64,000 nucleotides of DNA from NCBI GenBank assembly GCA_013115145.1, contig JAAPAO010000005.1, forward strand, positions 124,001 through 188,000. Direction: 5' to 3'. Positions 23,970-37,300 of this stretch are shown in pieces; the first letter of the stretch is position 1, and the number at the start of each line of letters is the position of its first letter. Under the pieces are notes generated by a model. It worked only from the letters and a program-made list of their open reading frames with translations, had not been told where the DNA came from and did not search any database. The DNA comes from Perkinsus chesapeaki ATCC PRA-425. Its lineage: Eukaryota; Protista; Perkinsozoa. A program made the position numbers and the translations under genes.

Positions 23970-25888
23970 TTAGATAAATGGTCCTGATGAGGTAGAATGA
24001 TGATAATGATTAAATGGATGTGGTGAGCCACCGCCGTCATCATATACTGTAGTTGTCCTTCTCCAACCAGTGATAGGGTCATAGGTCTCAGTTGTTACAG
24101 TAGATGTCGATGTGCTATGCCATCCATGATGATGATGATGATGATGATGGGTACCCCAACGGTCATGATCATCAGCCCATAGGTCTCTAGCGCTGCCATA
24201 CTGGAATAAAGATAGTATTATATGATAGTGCTAGTTATCTTACCACATCTGATCCACCTACAGTAGTCTCACCATTATTAATAAGGGATTGTCCCCAACT
24301 ACCACCACCAAGATTGATACCCAACTCCCTTTGCAATTGTTTAGGGCTTTTACGTCTCTTATCATTCTCATACATACCGTACATTAGAGCAGCAATGAGG
24401 CCAAAGTACCTATAGTAAAGAGATAGTATAGGGTCACTGATGATAAAGGTGTTATAAACCATACCCTGCAGAGATGCAAGCCTTCTGAGCATTAGTCATG
24501 TTATAGTAATAAGGTGGCATATCACCAGTACCGAAAAAGCGTTGGTATCTATAAAGAGTCGGATACAGTATTGGTTTATAATAATAATGGTTTATAATAC
24601 GTTGAATATGCCCCACCAAGGAAGACCAGATACATAATAGGAGAACAATAGGGAGTGAAGTATATCATACTACCACATATAGCTAGACCTAAGAGGAAGG
24701 TTAGGGTTGTTGATAAGAGGAATGGGGCGCCTGCATCATTATGAACGTACCTGCTGGCAGGAACCAGTTATTAAGGCTGCCTGCTACCCTGCCACCATCT
24801 AATTGCCCTACAGGTAAGAGGTTAAATAGATTTATCATATAACCAAAATGTGTTAAGGCAAAGGCTAATTGTGAACCTTAAGGGATAATATATAAGTTAG
24901 GTTATTTAGAGGTTGGATAGTACTACTACTACCTGTAGCAGCACCATAGGCAGCTATAGGTAATACACCTAATGAACCAAGTATAGGGCCAGCTAATGCT
25001 ATTAAGGCTTCTTGATAGGCTAAGTATATGATAGAGTAAGGAAGAGGAAGCAGAGGTGCCTACCATTAGAGGGATGTTTACGCATTTCAACTGATGCTCC
25101 CATAAATGGTATGAATACCATAGGCCCAGCTGGCACACCTAGATTCTTCATCATAAGGGCATGGCCAAGCTCATGAATGAATATTAAACCAACCATACCA
25201 ATACCAAATCTGATAAAGGCAACAATACTAAGTCAGTAAAAGTGCTGCTGCTGTTGCCTACTGCCATCCAAACACTGCCCCGTAAGCTAGGGTTGATATA
25301 CACATACTAAGTAATGGGCCGGCCTTTGAGAACTTTAACACTGGTATTAGAATCTTTAAACCTTTAAGCTTCATAACAGCATATCCAGCTGCTGATACTC
25401 CTATAACTTTAGACCACCAATTGCCGCTTGATGGTGGCCTCGGCTGCATATTATTATTATGTGATGATGATGACGACCTATATAACCTTATCTGTTGATT
25501 AGCAGGTACGCCTTTATCATTACCAACCTATCAAAGGTAATGACAATACATATACCATTGACAACAACAACCAACCTTGTTAAATAATAAATTGCTGCTC
25601 ATTGAAAGATATGGTTCTAATGCTGTCGACCGTCGAAGGTCCAGATACTACACGGAAAGACGTATTTGATAATACTACACTGGATGGGATTACACTAGAT
25701 TTAGGGGCCTGCTTGTTGAGGAACCGTGATGGAGTGTTAAAGGGTCTACTGCTGCTTGAGAACTGCCGACTGCGGGAGAATAAAGATAGTCTACGTGGTA
25801 TAACAGACAATGCCCCGATACGTAGGCCAAGGGTAGGGCTGTTGTAGCATGCTGCCGACTTTATCAAAAAAGGAGAAGATGGTATCAT
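23970..25888 (-). CDS. Site-2 protease family intramembrane metalloprotease (peptidase M50)
   Basis: LIFIHELGHAL (HExxH), ALIALAGP and INLFNLLPVGQLDGGRVA motifs; S/R/L-rich N-terminus resembling an organellar presequence. Confidence 0.87.
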
Positions 25889-26039
25889 CTATCATAAACA
25901 TTCACATGAAGGACTTAACGCAACACGATAATATAAAAAGATAACACTATGGTGATGACAACACCATGAGCAGCATCAATACACCACATGTGATGTTTAA
26001 ATATGGATAAGAACAGTAATAACTATTAGTGCATCATCA

Positions 26040-29000
26040 TCATCGACCAGCAGCAGCATCAGCTTGACGTGACATAAAAACAGCAGCGGCTGGTTTAGCC
26101 ATAAGGAGCTCTTCATCTATTATATCACCCCACCCTTTACTCGAGGATGGTAACTCTTGGTGTATTGCTTTGGATGATGATGAGGACGAGAGCCTCTTTA
26201 GCATCTTCGGAGCTTTACTGTTACTGTTCGACAAATTGAAATTATGAGAGAGAAACAAATCTGGCATCGTGTGAGGCAGCATTGCTGTCTGTAATGTTGA
26301 GTGTCTGACTGTTGGCATAGTATCGCTTCGTAATGATCTTAGTATGTTATGTAATGCTGCTTTACTAGCTGGTGTGAGTTGAGTTGGGGATGATAGGTCA
26401 AGTTTAGAGAATCGTACTAGTGCTTGGTACACTCCAGTATTGTTGTTGACTATTGGCCCCCCGTTGTTGTTGTTATTATTGTCGTCTGGGTCTCTAGGCT
26501 TAGAGATTGCCCTCCCTGACCTTAAGGTATTGAATATCTCCAAAGCTCTATTAGTAACACTAGGGCATACTCCACTTGCTATTGCACATTGTATAGGATA
26601 TGATGATTGTGATACTTTACCACGTTCAAGTTTATAGAGGAAGGACAATACTGAACTATCACCAGAGTCGGCTTTGGGAGGGACGACAGCAAGCCGCGAT
26701 GGTACAGCTCTACCAACAGTTAGCTTTCTTGATCGCTTTGTTGGGTGGCCTTGGATACCCTCAACCACACTATGTGTGCTGTCATGAGTGTGTGCGCCAT
26801 TCTCTACCAATCCCCATGAAAACAGTTCAGCACCATAATGGGATGTTAGTATAAGTGTTGGAGACGAGGCTGTCGAGAGGTCTATAGTGGTATATTTGAT
26901 AATACCAGCTAGTAGGCTAACTTCATCTACAGGTGATGTACCTTTACCAAACTCATCTAGTAATATCAATGTGCTTGATGTGCAGTTGGACAATGCCACT
27001 GATACCTGATGAGGCATTGGTGTTGTTGTTGTTGGAATTTAGTCGTATTAAAACAGACCTCATGGGCATCCCTAGTAAAGGTTGATAATAAGCTATTTGA
27101 TCTAACAATATCCTCTAATTGACGTCTTTCTCCAGCAACTACAAATTTAGGTATCTTTTGATCCGAGCTAGCGGTCCTTGCAAATAGCTGGTTTATGACT
27201 CGAATCCGGCATGACTCAGCTGGGACATACAACCCACAGTGTGAGAGGAACTGATAAAGGTAGTATAGACGAAGATGCTGATGATAGTAGTAGTGGTAGT
27301 AGTAGCTTACTGCTGTAATGCCTATCTGTTTCAATAGTACACTCTTCCCAGAGTAATTAGGACCAGTTAAGATATGTGTTTTACAATCTGATGTTATAAG
27401 AATATCATTAGATACCACTAAATGACCACGGTTATCAACGTTAGTCGTATCATCTACCATAAGGGGATGCCATGACCCTTTCAACTCCATAACAATATCA
27501 TCATCATCAGAATCACATGGTATCTATAAGGGAGATTACCTCACCTACTTCCCTTGTGATGGCACTCCTACCAGTACAGGTTTACACCATCCATTTTCAC
27601 GGCTTGCTCTAGCTAAGCCAGTAAGACAGTCTAGCTCCGCAAGTGCTGTAGAGGCTATCGCTAATGGATGGCTACCTATGGCTTCTAGTCTGTCAGCAAG
27701 TCTGTATAGGTACTCGTATCTGATACTAAGTGTGTCTGTGAGTAGGTTTAATGGTGGGTACTCTATGTCCCTCATCTTAGCTTCTATATTCCCTAAATAG
27801 TTATCAAGTCTACATGTTATTGGACTTTTAAAATAAGCTGTATCAGTGGTACGAAACTTAAACTGCCATCCTTCAAGATGCTTGGTTATAATATCAATAC
27901 ATCTTTCCCAACCACTATCACCATCGGTGTGTTCAACAGGAGCAGTAGTGTCCTTAGATGATAGGATTGGTACAAGTACCTCCTCTACATCTGCACTAGG
28001 AAGGGATGCAACAAAGCCCATTTGGGGGAAATACTGTAGCTGTATACGTATTGGTCTATTACTCACCAATGATCGACTAGCACAGCTACTGCCAGTGCTA
28101 CGGCGTGGGGCAGGGTTACCTCTGTTGCTAGTACTCAATGTATCATACCATGGACCATTACTAGGGACACTACCATTAAGGGTACTAATAGGTTTCATAG
28201 AGTTAACTAATATAGAGTTATCAGAAGCATCATCAATATTATTTATTAACATATCTTCTAATGCTTTAGATTCAGCAGCACCCATTCTAGTAAGGATGTC
28301 CTCTAACTTATCATACTGTGATCTTAGCTCATCAAGTTGTGGTATAACACCAGTCTTAACTGATAGTTGTGATAACTTCTGTTGTTGTTGACCTGTTGTT
28401 GCTGCTGCTGTTGCTGACCATGCATCCATATCAAAGCTACCATCTATAAGGTTCTGTATTTGTAACAAAGGTGTTCGACATTCAAGTAGCATACTAATAC
28501 AACGTACATCACTTTTTATTGCTGAATCCGATGGTAACATCTCAATTGCTCTTATAACTTCAGACGCAGCCCTACATGATCGTAATAGTTGTAACCATGT
28601 TGCTACCCTAGATGTACTATCAAGGTTAAAACCTTGTACAACTCTACTTAGTATTCTTGATAAGTCACGATGCTTCTTCAGGTGTTTGCCTATCTCCATT
28701 ATTAACTCAGGTGATAAGCTATCTATAATAATCTCCTGATCTCTAAGCCTTAATTCGATAAGCTTGATATCACAGTGTGGTAGAGCTAACCATCTATGTA
28801 ATAGTAGTCTACCTGGAGGTGATGATATATATCGTTCTAGTAACCTTGCTATACTTGGAGTCATAATACGATGGTTATGACCAGCTACTATAGTAGTACT
28901 ACGCCCAGCACTTGTTATACCTAATGTCCGTAATGTTATACTATCTACTTGTAACATGCCTTGTAGTGACCTAGTAACAACACCAGTAGGACGGTAGCGG

Positions 29001-29644
29001 TTTATTAGACCAGCTTCATCTAAGAATGACAATAACCCTGATAGTGCCCTCCATAGTTGAGCATGGCCACCAGTGATAGGTAATGATAAAGGTGGCTTGT
29101 TATTATTGTTATTAAATCTAGACATCATATCTATAACACGTTGTACACAGGAAGGGTAGTCGTATTGTGTACTGGGACGCTCAATAATACCCAACTGCTG
29201 CTGTTGCTGAGGTAATAATGCTTGTGAGTCCGCTGCTGTATCGTCCATAATCGGTGGGTAGGGCGGTGTCTGCTGCTGCTGGTGAATGCCAGTTATTAGG
29301 TTACGTAAGACTATTGGTGACTTCTTGGGGTGTAGAATAAGACACTTTAATGCATCATCATAAGCACTTGTACCATTGTTATTAGTAACATAGCCTTCAA
29401 CTACTCCACGTAGTGTACTACCAAGTGCATCATCAACCTCAGTAGCCTCAATTAACATTGTATTATTATTATTATTACCTCCACTTCTATTACCAACATT
29501 TAATAAAGCTAGACCAAGTTTAGTAGCATCCATACATACAGATAGATACACATTACTCCTTATATTAGATATGTTAGTATTAGAATCATTAGTGTAGCCT
29601 CCTTGCCTTCGTTGGTTACGTGTGTTAGTAGATGATGGTGCCAT
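26040..29644 (-). CDS. MSH5: MutS homolog 5 (meiotic)
   Basis: GPNYSGKSVLLKQIG, STFTRDAHEVSVAL, LILLDEFGKGTSPVD (GKGT typical of MSH5), LTSHYGAEL, QLQYFPQMGF; no N-terminal mismatch-binding motif seen. Confidence 0.85.
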
Positions 29645-29943
29645 AGGTAGATGATAGGAGGGCTGCTAATATAATGCTATACTTAACACAAGTCTCGATA
29701 ATGATGATGACGGTTATGATAGTGCAGGATAATATCAAAGTAATGTAACACTTGAGATGGGTGAATGGTATTATCTTATATAGGTTATGGTTATATTCTA
29801 CCACCATGTATCTACATGCTACTACGTGCTAGCTCTGTGTTAGGTATATTGAAACATCTTTTTTAGTATTAAACTGTCAATGCTATCTGTTCTAGTATAC
29901 TGTTACTGCTGCTGTTACTGCATTATAAATATTAATCTAGTAC

Positions 29944-32535
29944 TTAGTTATTACTACGTAGTTGATGAAGTTGTATTACACCACATACACTAATAGCATC
30001 ATCAATAAGCTTTAGATTATACCTCCTCGCGTCATCATCCTCATCATCATCATCAACATCATTTACACTACTACCATGATGCACTGCCTCCTCTTCTCCT
30101 TCACTATTCCTCTGTACAGTTGCTGCTGCTGCTGCTGGAGGCGGTATTGTTGTTGTTGATGATGTATAACTCATTGGTGTTGATATAATGCTCTCAGGTG
30201 TCTGTGTAGTACTACTCATAACACTACCATTATACTCATGTCTCAAGCCGCCGCTCTCATATACTATTGATTTAATATCTCCATCAGGCACCTCAACCTC
30301 CTTAGTATACCCTCTACTACCCCCTCCCAGTCCATCACAATATACACCCTCAGAAACCGCAGGAGCAGCAGCAGCTACTCTACTACTTTGTGACCTCTCC
30401 ACTTCCCTTCGTTGTTGGTCATAGTGAGGATTATGTATACGAATGTTACCAGTATAATGATTAAAGCATACATACTGTCCTGGTCTAGTAGATGCTATTA
30501 GCGGATACTCCTGAACTAGAGGGCTACTGCTGCTCTTGCTGCTGCTGCTGTCATTATGTGCTGCTTCCCTCCTCCTCATCCACCAGTGTACTAATATGCA
30601 ATGATAGCTATCCATTAGTATATGATCCATAATAGCCCTCTTTATATCATTAGATGATAATATATTAAGCTGGGTTAAGTATATCTCACATACACTACAA
30701 TACCAAACACCATCCTTATACAGATCTAATGATGATGGGGAAAGAGGATGATGATGAGGATGATGATGGGACGAGGAGGTCCGGTTGCTATTATTATCAC
30801 CAACTAGTATAGCCTAATATAGAGATCTGCTGCAATAGTGTTGATGATAGTTGTCTGTGCTACTACCACTAAAGCATGGGCATGTGGTCTCATAATATGA
30901 CTCCAAATACGATGCTTATCGACTTCACACATGTGACTCCATATTAGCTTTATGTCCCGTATACTTGGATAAGGCAGAGGAGGAGGAGGGTGAGGGTGAT
31001 GGTGATGGGGGTTCATATGAGGGGTAAGTAATAGTACAACACTATAAGGTGTCAGTGATGATGATGATGTAACATAACAATATAATAGGGTATAATGACA
31101 AACAATACAATCATTACCCTTTATCCTCAGTAGTAGTATTACTACTTGAATGATGATGAGGTATATTATAGGTACTACTCTTCAAATTGTATTATAGGAT
31201 ATTACACTACTTCAGTAGTTATCTTTGGTGATGGTGATGCTGATGATGATGGACGATGTATTGTATTACCTCCTTGTCCATCTACTATACCTCCTCCCCC
31301 TGTTTGTATCTATATTACCCATACACCAACATCACCACTACCCTTTTACTACCATCTCATCATCATTGCTATCATCTGTCCGTTGTATTTTCCTAGCTGG
31401 AGATGATGATATCCCGTCATGATCATCATCATCATTATCCTCTATACTCCTCTTTTCGTGTTCCTACAACATACTACTACTATTCATCACCTATACTATC
31501 TACCCCATGTATTACCTGCTCCTCCCCTTCCTCCCCTTTATCCCCTCCTTCTTCTTCCTCATCATGTTCTGCTGCAGCTGCTGCTGCTCTCTCCCTCATA
31601 GCCTCAGCTATTGCTGCTACCCATCTTTGATATGCTCTTAATTGTTCATGATATTGTAATTCAGCTAACTGTCTTGCCTCCCTTGGAGTTAGGTTCCTCC
31701 TTATCTCAGATGCACTAGGCTTATCAACTGGCATATCAGCTAGGAAGGGCTGTGCTGATGCCGGTAGTACTGTAGCTAATGAAAACAACAATATTAAATG
31801 ATAGATGCTCAGAGACCACCACCTTATAGGAACAACACACTACTAGAAGTCTCTTTACACTTCTTGAATGCTGCCTACAGCCTCCTATAGTACTCCCCAA
31901 TTTCAACGGGCTAATGGGGTAATTTAATATACGATTCCCATTTCAGTAGCTTCCGTTCAAACGAAGGGAGGGGGTTATAAAACTTGGAGGGTCGAAGACG
32001 GAGAAGAAGAGGCGTGTTGTTGTATAATACTACTACTACTACCTGGTGGGCTAGGATCCAATACTAATGATTTGGCTGTAGCCTCTTCATGTTTATCACT
32101 AGTAGTCCTTTGATGTAGTAATGCTGCAGCTACAGCTACTGCTGCCGCTGCAGAGGATGATGATGAAGACGAACATGGCTGCTGCTGATGTTGCCCTGAA
32201 GTATCTATATTATATATGATAAGGTTAGAACTAGTACTAGTACTTTCATCATTATTTTGCGTATCTTTAACTGATGGTATAATTGCATTATCATCATTAC
32301 CCTCCTCCCCTTCACCATCTTCCTCTACTACCGTTACGGCAGAGGCAGTGGCAGCAGCGGCTGCTGCAGCAGCAGCTAGGGCTGCAGATCTTCGACGTGT
32401 CATTATACCCTCTTCATTAGGCATCACATCATCGGCACTATTACCATCCTTATTACACACTACTCCATCCTTAGCTACCACACCGTCTAATTGTGGTGGT
32501 GGCGTTGTCTGTATAGTAGTATTATTATCAGACAT
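29944..32535 (-). CDS. Hypothetical low-complexity protein(s), one or two genes
   Basis: Chain of minus-strand ORFs (31975, 31480, 30804, 29944) with S/A/D-rich tracts; boundaries uncertain. Confidence 0.4.
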
Positions 32536-32703
32536 ACTGGGGGGCTCAGGTATGGGCTGATATAGCCTTTGAAAAAGTATAACACTGTAATGGTGGCGGT
32601 AGTAAGGTTATGCTATATTAATGATACTGAAAACTAGGCAAGTGTATATTAGAAACTAATACTGTTAACACTTGTTCTCATTCATGATAGTAGTAGTAGT
32701 AGT

Positions 32704-33759
32704 TTATACTTTAGACCTATTCCTTATATCATTATGAGATACTATAATACCATCATCATCTGAGTATAACCAATCACCTGGGGTAAAAACAACACCACCA
32801 AATTTAACTGGTACCTATTAATAATAATATAATTATGAGATGCAATAATAATACTCAGTTACATCTATATCTCCAATATCTCTTTTATCAGTTTTACGGG
32901 GATGAGTCCCTAAAGCCTTAACACCAATATTCATACCATTGATAGCTGCAGAATCCCGTATATATCCAAACACTACTATACCTGAAAAGTAGTGATAATA
33001 CTATACCTTATTATATAGGTAATAGTACTATACCTTACTATATAGGTAATAGTACTATACCTTATTATATAGGTAATAATACTATACCTTACTATATAGG
33101 TAATAGTACTATACCTTATTATATAGGTAATAGTACTATACCTTACTATATANNNNNNNNNNNNNNNNNNNNNNNNNNNNNNNNNNNNNNNNNNNNNNNN
33201 NNNNNNNNNNNNNNNNNNNNNNNNNNNNNNNNNNNNNNNNNNNNNNNNNNNATACTATACCTTATTATATAGGTAATAGTACTATACCTTACTATATAGG
33301 TAATAGTACTATACCTTACTATATAGGTAATAGTACTATACCTTATTATATAGGTAATAGTACTATACCTTACTATATAGGTAATAGTACTATACCTTAC
33401 TATATAGGTAATAATACTATACCTTATTATATAGGTAATAGTACCTAGTATTACCTGCCCATCCATTCTTTACAGCTGATGCTGCTATAAGATCTCCAAC
33501 AAGTGCTCTACGATTACTACCACCACCATCTATTACTAATACCTATATCAATATAGAATTTTATAGTGTATATAAGTACCTCTCCTCCTTGAGACGGTGT
33601 CCCTAATAGCTTTTTAACAAAGCTATTATCCTCGTGACATTTAACAGTACGTATCTTACCACAGAATTGTTTATTAATACCATAACTATTAAATATAGGA
33701 TCAACATATTCAACATTATCACCACACCAATCACATATATCAGCTGTAGACCATTCCAT
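32704..33759 (-). CDS. rraA: RraA family protein / HMG aldolase-like, 4 exons
   Basis: [91 protein letters not shown]. Confidence 0.9.
32998..33443. repeat. 27-bp intronic minisatellite spanning an assembly gap (N at 33153-33251)
   Basis: Unit TACTATACCTTAYTATATAGGTAATAG; roughly 5.5 copies before and 7 after the gap. Confidence 0.95.
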
Positions 33760-33938
33760 AATAATAAGGATGATGATAAAACAATAATAAAACAATAAAT
33801 TCATCCCCAACCCATAACGGCATAATAGTTTCGCTCCGCTGAACTTCTAATAAAGTTGCGCAGCTGAGACTTGCTGCCGCCGCCATCGTCGTGGTCTTCC
33901 TTATTCTTTTTGGTTCCTAAGAGTAGTTCTTCCTAAAT

Positions 33939-34266
33939 ATGTTTGAAACATTCTTTGACTATATAACAAGCTTGTCATCAAAGGAATCGGTATATGGTCA
34001 GATAGTTAGTGGTGTACCTGATACCTTGAGACCAGGTAATATTATAATCCATACCATTTATCTATTATAATACCTATCATCAGTTATAGTAGTATTGATG
34101 TTCCTACATATAATAGCATTTACTATATGGGGTTTAGTGTTCTTTAAGGATTGGTAATAATATAGGTATATTATTGTTATTCATACCACTCTTTAGTTTC
34201 ATCAAAGCACCTAAGCCACCAGTATTAAGCGATGCTGAAACATTACAGCATAAGAAGACTAAGTAA
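33939..34266 (+). CDS. Small single-pass membrane protein, 3 exons
   Basis: MFETFFDYITSLSSKESVYGQIVSGVPDTLRP | VIVVLMFLHIIAFTIWGLVFFKD | FIKAPKPPVLSDAETLQHKKTK*, joined by GT-AG introns. Confidence 0.55.
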
Positions 34267-34340
34267 CTGTTATGATACTACCTTTCTTAATAAGGATGTA
34301 GTATTGTGTTATAGTGAATCTTATTATGATAGTATTATCT

Positions 34341-37300
34341 ATGTCTTATCGTCGTGTGGATGAGGAGGGGGAGGAAGTGGTAGATCTAGAAGAGGAAGAG
34401 GAAGAGGAAGAGGAAGCTGAAGTATATGATTTAGAAGAGGATGATAGGAATCTAGAAGAGGAACTGCACTGTTCAGTAGAGGTAGTAATATAGTAGTATT
34501 TGAGGGTATAATGGTAGTAATAGGGATTGGGATGCTGGCATACTATTGATAATGAACCAGTATATGTAGCACCACATGATGCATTTGAATGCATAAGGGA
34601 TTTATTAAGGGCATTTAGAGATGATATTGGTAATAATAGTATATAATATAGTGTAGGTAAATATAGGTACATCAAGGAGAGTACATAGGTTACTGGGTAA
34701 ATGGGATGTAGTTAGACAAAAGCTAGTACCAATGCTAATAAGCCATAGAGATGATCTCGATGATAAATGCTTTCAAATATTAAAGTTATTAGTTATACTT
34801 ACTATGCCTGTTAATAAAGGTAGTAGTATAGGGTTGTATATGGAATATTATAGGATGTTAAACAGATACACCAGAGTTAGATACACATTTACAGTATCTA
34901 CAGAACTATAAGACAGCTATAGGGGTTAATGAGGATGTATTAACTATATTTATGACTATTCTAGATCAATGTGTTACTACGAACCTTACTATTACACAAC
35001 AACCACAAGAGCAGCAGCAGGCATCAGCTAGTAGTAATACTGTAAAGGGTATTAATAATATTATAGTAGGTAATATAGAAGTAGATGAGAGTACTAGACG
35101 GTTAAGGCTCCAACAACAGGAATTGGTACTAGTTACTAGGTGGATATTACATAGTAACCACAAGCGGGCCAGGTATTTACATTAGTACGTAATCTACTGG
35201 AAATACCAGACCCTCGACCTGGGGACCCAGGCTTTAATCCAACACATCAGAATCTACAAATGACTATGTTACAGGAACTACATGAATCTGGTTTCTTAGA
35301 CTTTGCTGTACTTGTTATAGAAGAGGCTATAAGTAGGGTATAATAAGGTGGTGGTAGTAGGATGATGATGATGATGTTAGGTGGACCAACACCATCTATT
35401 AATAGGAATAAACATTTAATATGGTTATACTTTGAGATATTATACCATGCTTGTGCTAAGATACGACCAAAGGACTTAGTAACAAGACAGGCAATGATGA
35501 TGTTATTGTCGATAATAGATAACTATTGATGCTCGATTTAAACCAGATCTAACAGCACTTATTAATAAGAGTATAGAAACTCATGCTGCATCATTACCTA
35601 TATTGACTAGACATAACAGATTTGGTAAAAGAGTGGCAGTTAATAGTAATAATAATATTACATTAATATATATTAATATATGCCCTTAGTGCCAGAAGGT
35701 GGTGGTGGAGGAGGAGGATCTTCAATGGGATCTAATGCTACAAAACAGCTAATGTAATGAGCTAGAGGGTAGTGTTGGTAATAATAATAGTTTTTATATT
35801 TAGAAGCGGTAGACAACGACATTACCGTAATAAGCTTGTCGATGAGGCACCCAATGTCTTCCAGGTATACTAAATGTAATGTATATATATGATATATTTA
35901 TTATTAGGATAAAACCTTTACAGATGTTGATGTTGGATGCAAGGTCCCTATAGGGAATATTACCACTGGAGCAGGAGGAGGAGCAGGAGCAGGGGCATTA
36001 GAAGTGTGCTCTTTAGATGGAGGTAGTAGTAGTAGTGGGGTATATAATAGTAACAACACCGTGGTCATAGGTGTAACAACTATCAATTTGGCTGTATGGG
36101 AGAAGTTCTTAAAGAGCTTTGCATCATTTGTTGTGGATATGATTGATAGAGTAATATATATAACTAGTAATAATATATGTCTTTTATTATACTATATAGG
36201 TATTTGCTGGTATAATGTCAGCTGTAATTAAAGCCATTACTGATAGTGAACAGGAACAAGAATATGATGTGGTAAGTAGTAGTAGTAATTGAAGTATTAT
36301 TAGTATTCATTAGGTTAGAGCGCTTAACTTTATAGCATGGTCATTAGATTTTCAAAGGCAAAGTCATGAGTATCATGTAGCAGCTATTAATCATGATAGA
36401 GAGTTAGCTGTAGCAAAGGCAACACAAGCAGGGACACCTATACCACCGCCATTGGAGATTACTGAGGTATATAATGAAGGTATAAGGGATGTTGTTAATA
36501 TGAAGTTAATCAATGTAGATGGTTATTGATATAACATCAGTGGAGCCAGCATTGAATGTGGAGGCTACTGAATTGGTAGCTAGGCAGCTTAGAGTTCATT
36601 CTAAAGAAGCTAAAAGCCTTAAGAAGGGTGGTGCTAGGAATGTTGTAGTATTGAGGGCATTATTAGAACAAATAAGAATGGTAGGGGCTGCTGGTGTTGT
36701 TTTTATAGGGGAATGGGATAGTGGGTATAGATACGGACATGTTTACGATCACCAGATGAAGAGACATCACACGTAGCTGAGATGTTATTAAGTAATGTGC
36801 TATATGAGGATGTACAAACACAATTGGTATGGTTATGCAAGACAGGCTTTAAGAGCACTGTAGCTGATCCTAGGGTTCTAACTCTTAGTAGGCATAATAA
36901 TATTGATAAAGAGGAGGGGTATATTATAGGTGTACAGTGCTTAGCTGAACTACTAAAGGCTATGGAGAAGGTTATGGCAAAAACTGGAAATAAATATAAG
37001 TTTGCAGCTGGGAAGAGGAGAAGGCGTAAGAAAGGTAAGAGTAAGAAGACGAAGAGTAATAAATCAAAAAGTAGTAAATCTAATGGACATCATCATGTTG
37101 AAGGGGGTAATGAAGGTAGAGCAGGTTGATATTAATAGTAAAGGGTAATATAGGTAATGGGGATGATGATGATGAGGCAGGCTCATCAGCTTCATCGTCA
37201 TCATCTAGTGATAGAGAAAACGAAGAGGAAGAGGATAGCGGTGTAGATAATTATGATAATATTAGGGCTGCAGATACATCACAGGAAGCTGTAATAGTAA

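Noticed and set aside
32998-33443. CRISPR array, or the YSTITYIVR repeat ORF (33146-33466)
   Set aside because: The units are contiguous without spacers, the context is a eukaryotic intron, and the ORF is an artefact of the repeat and the N gap.
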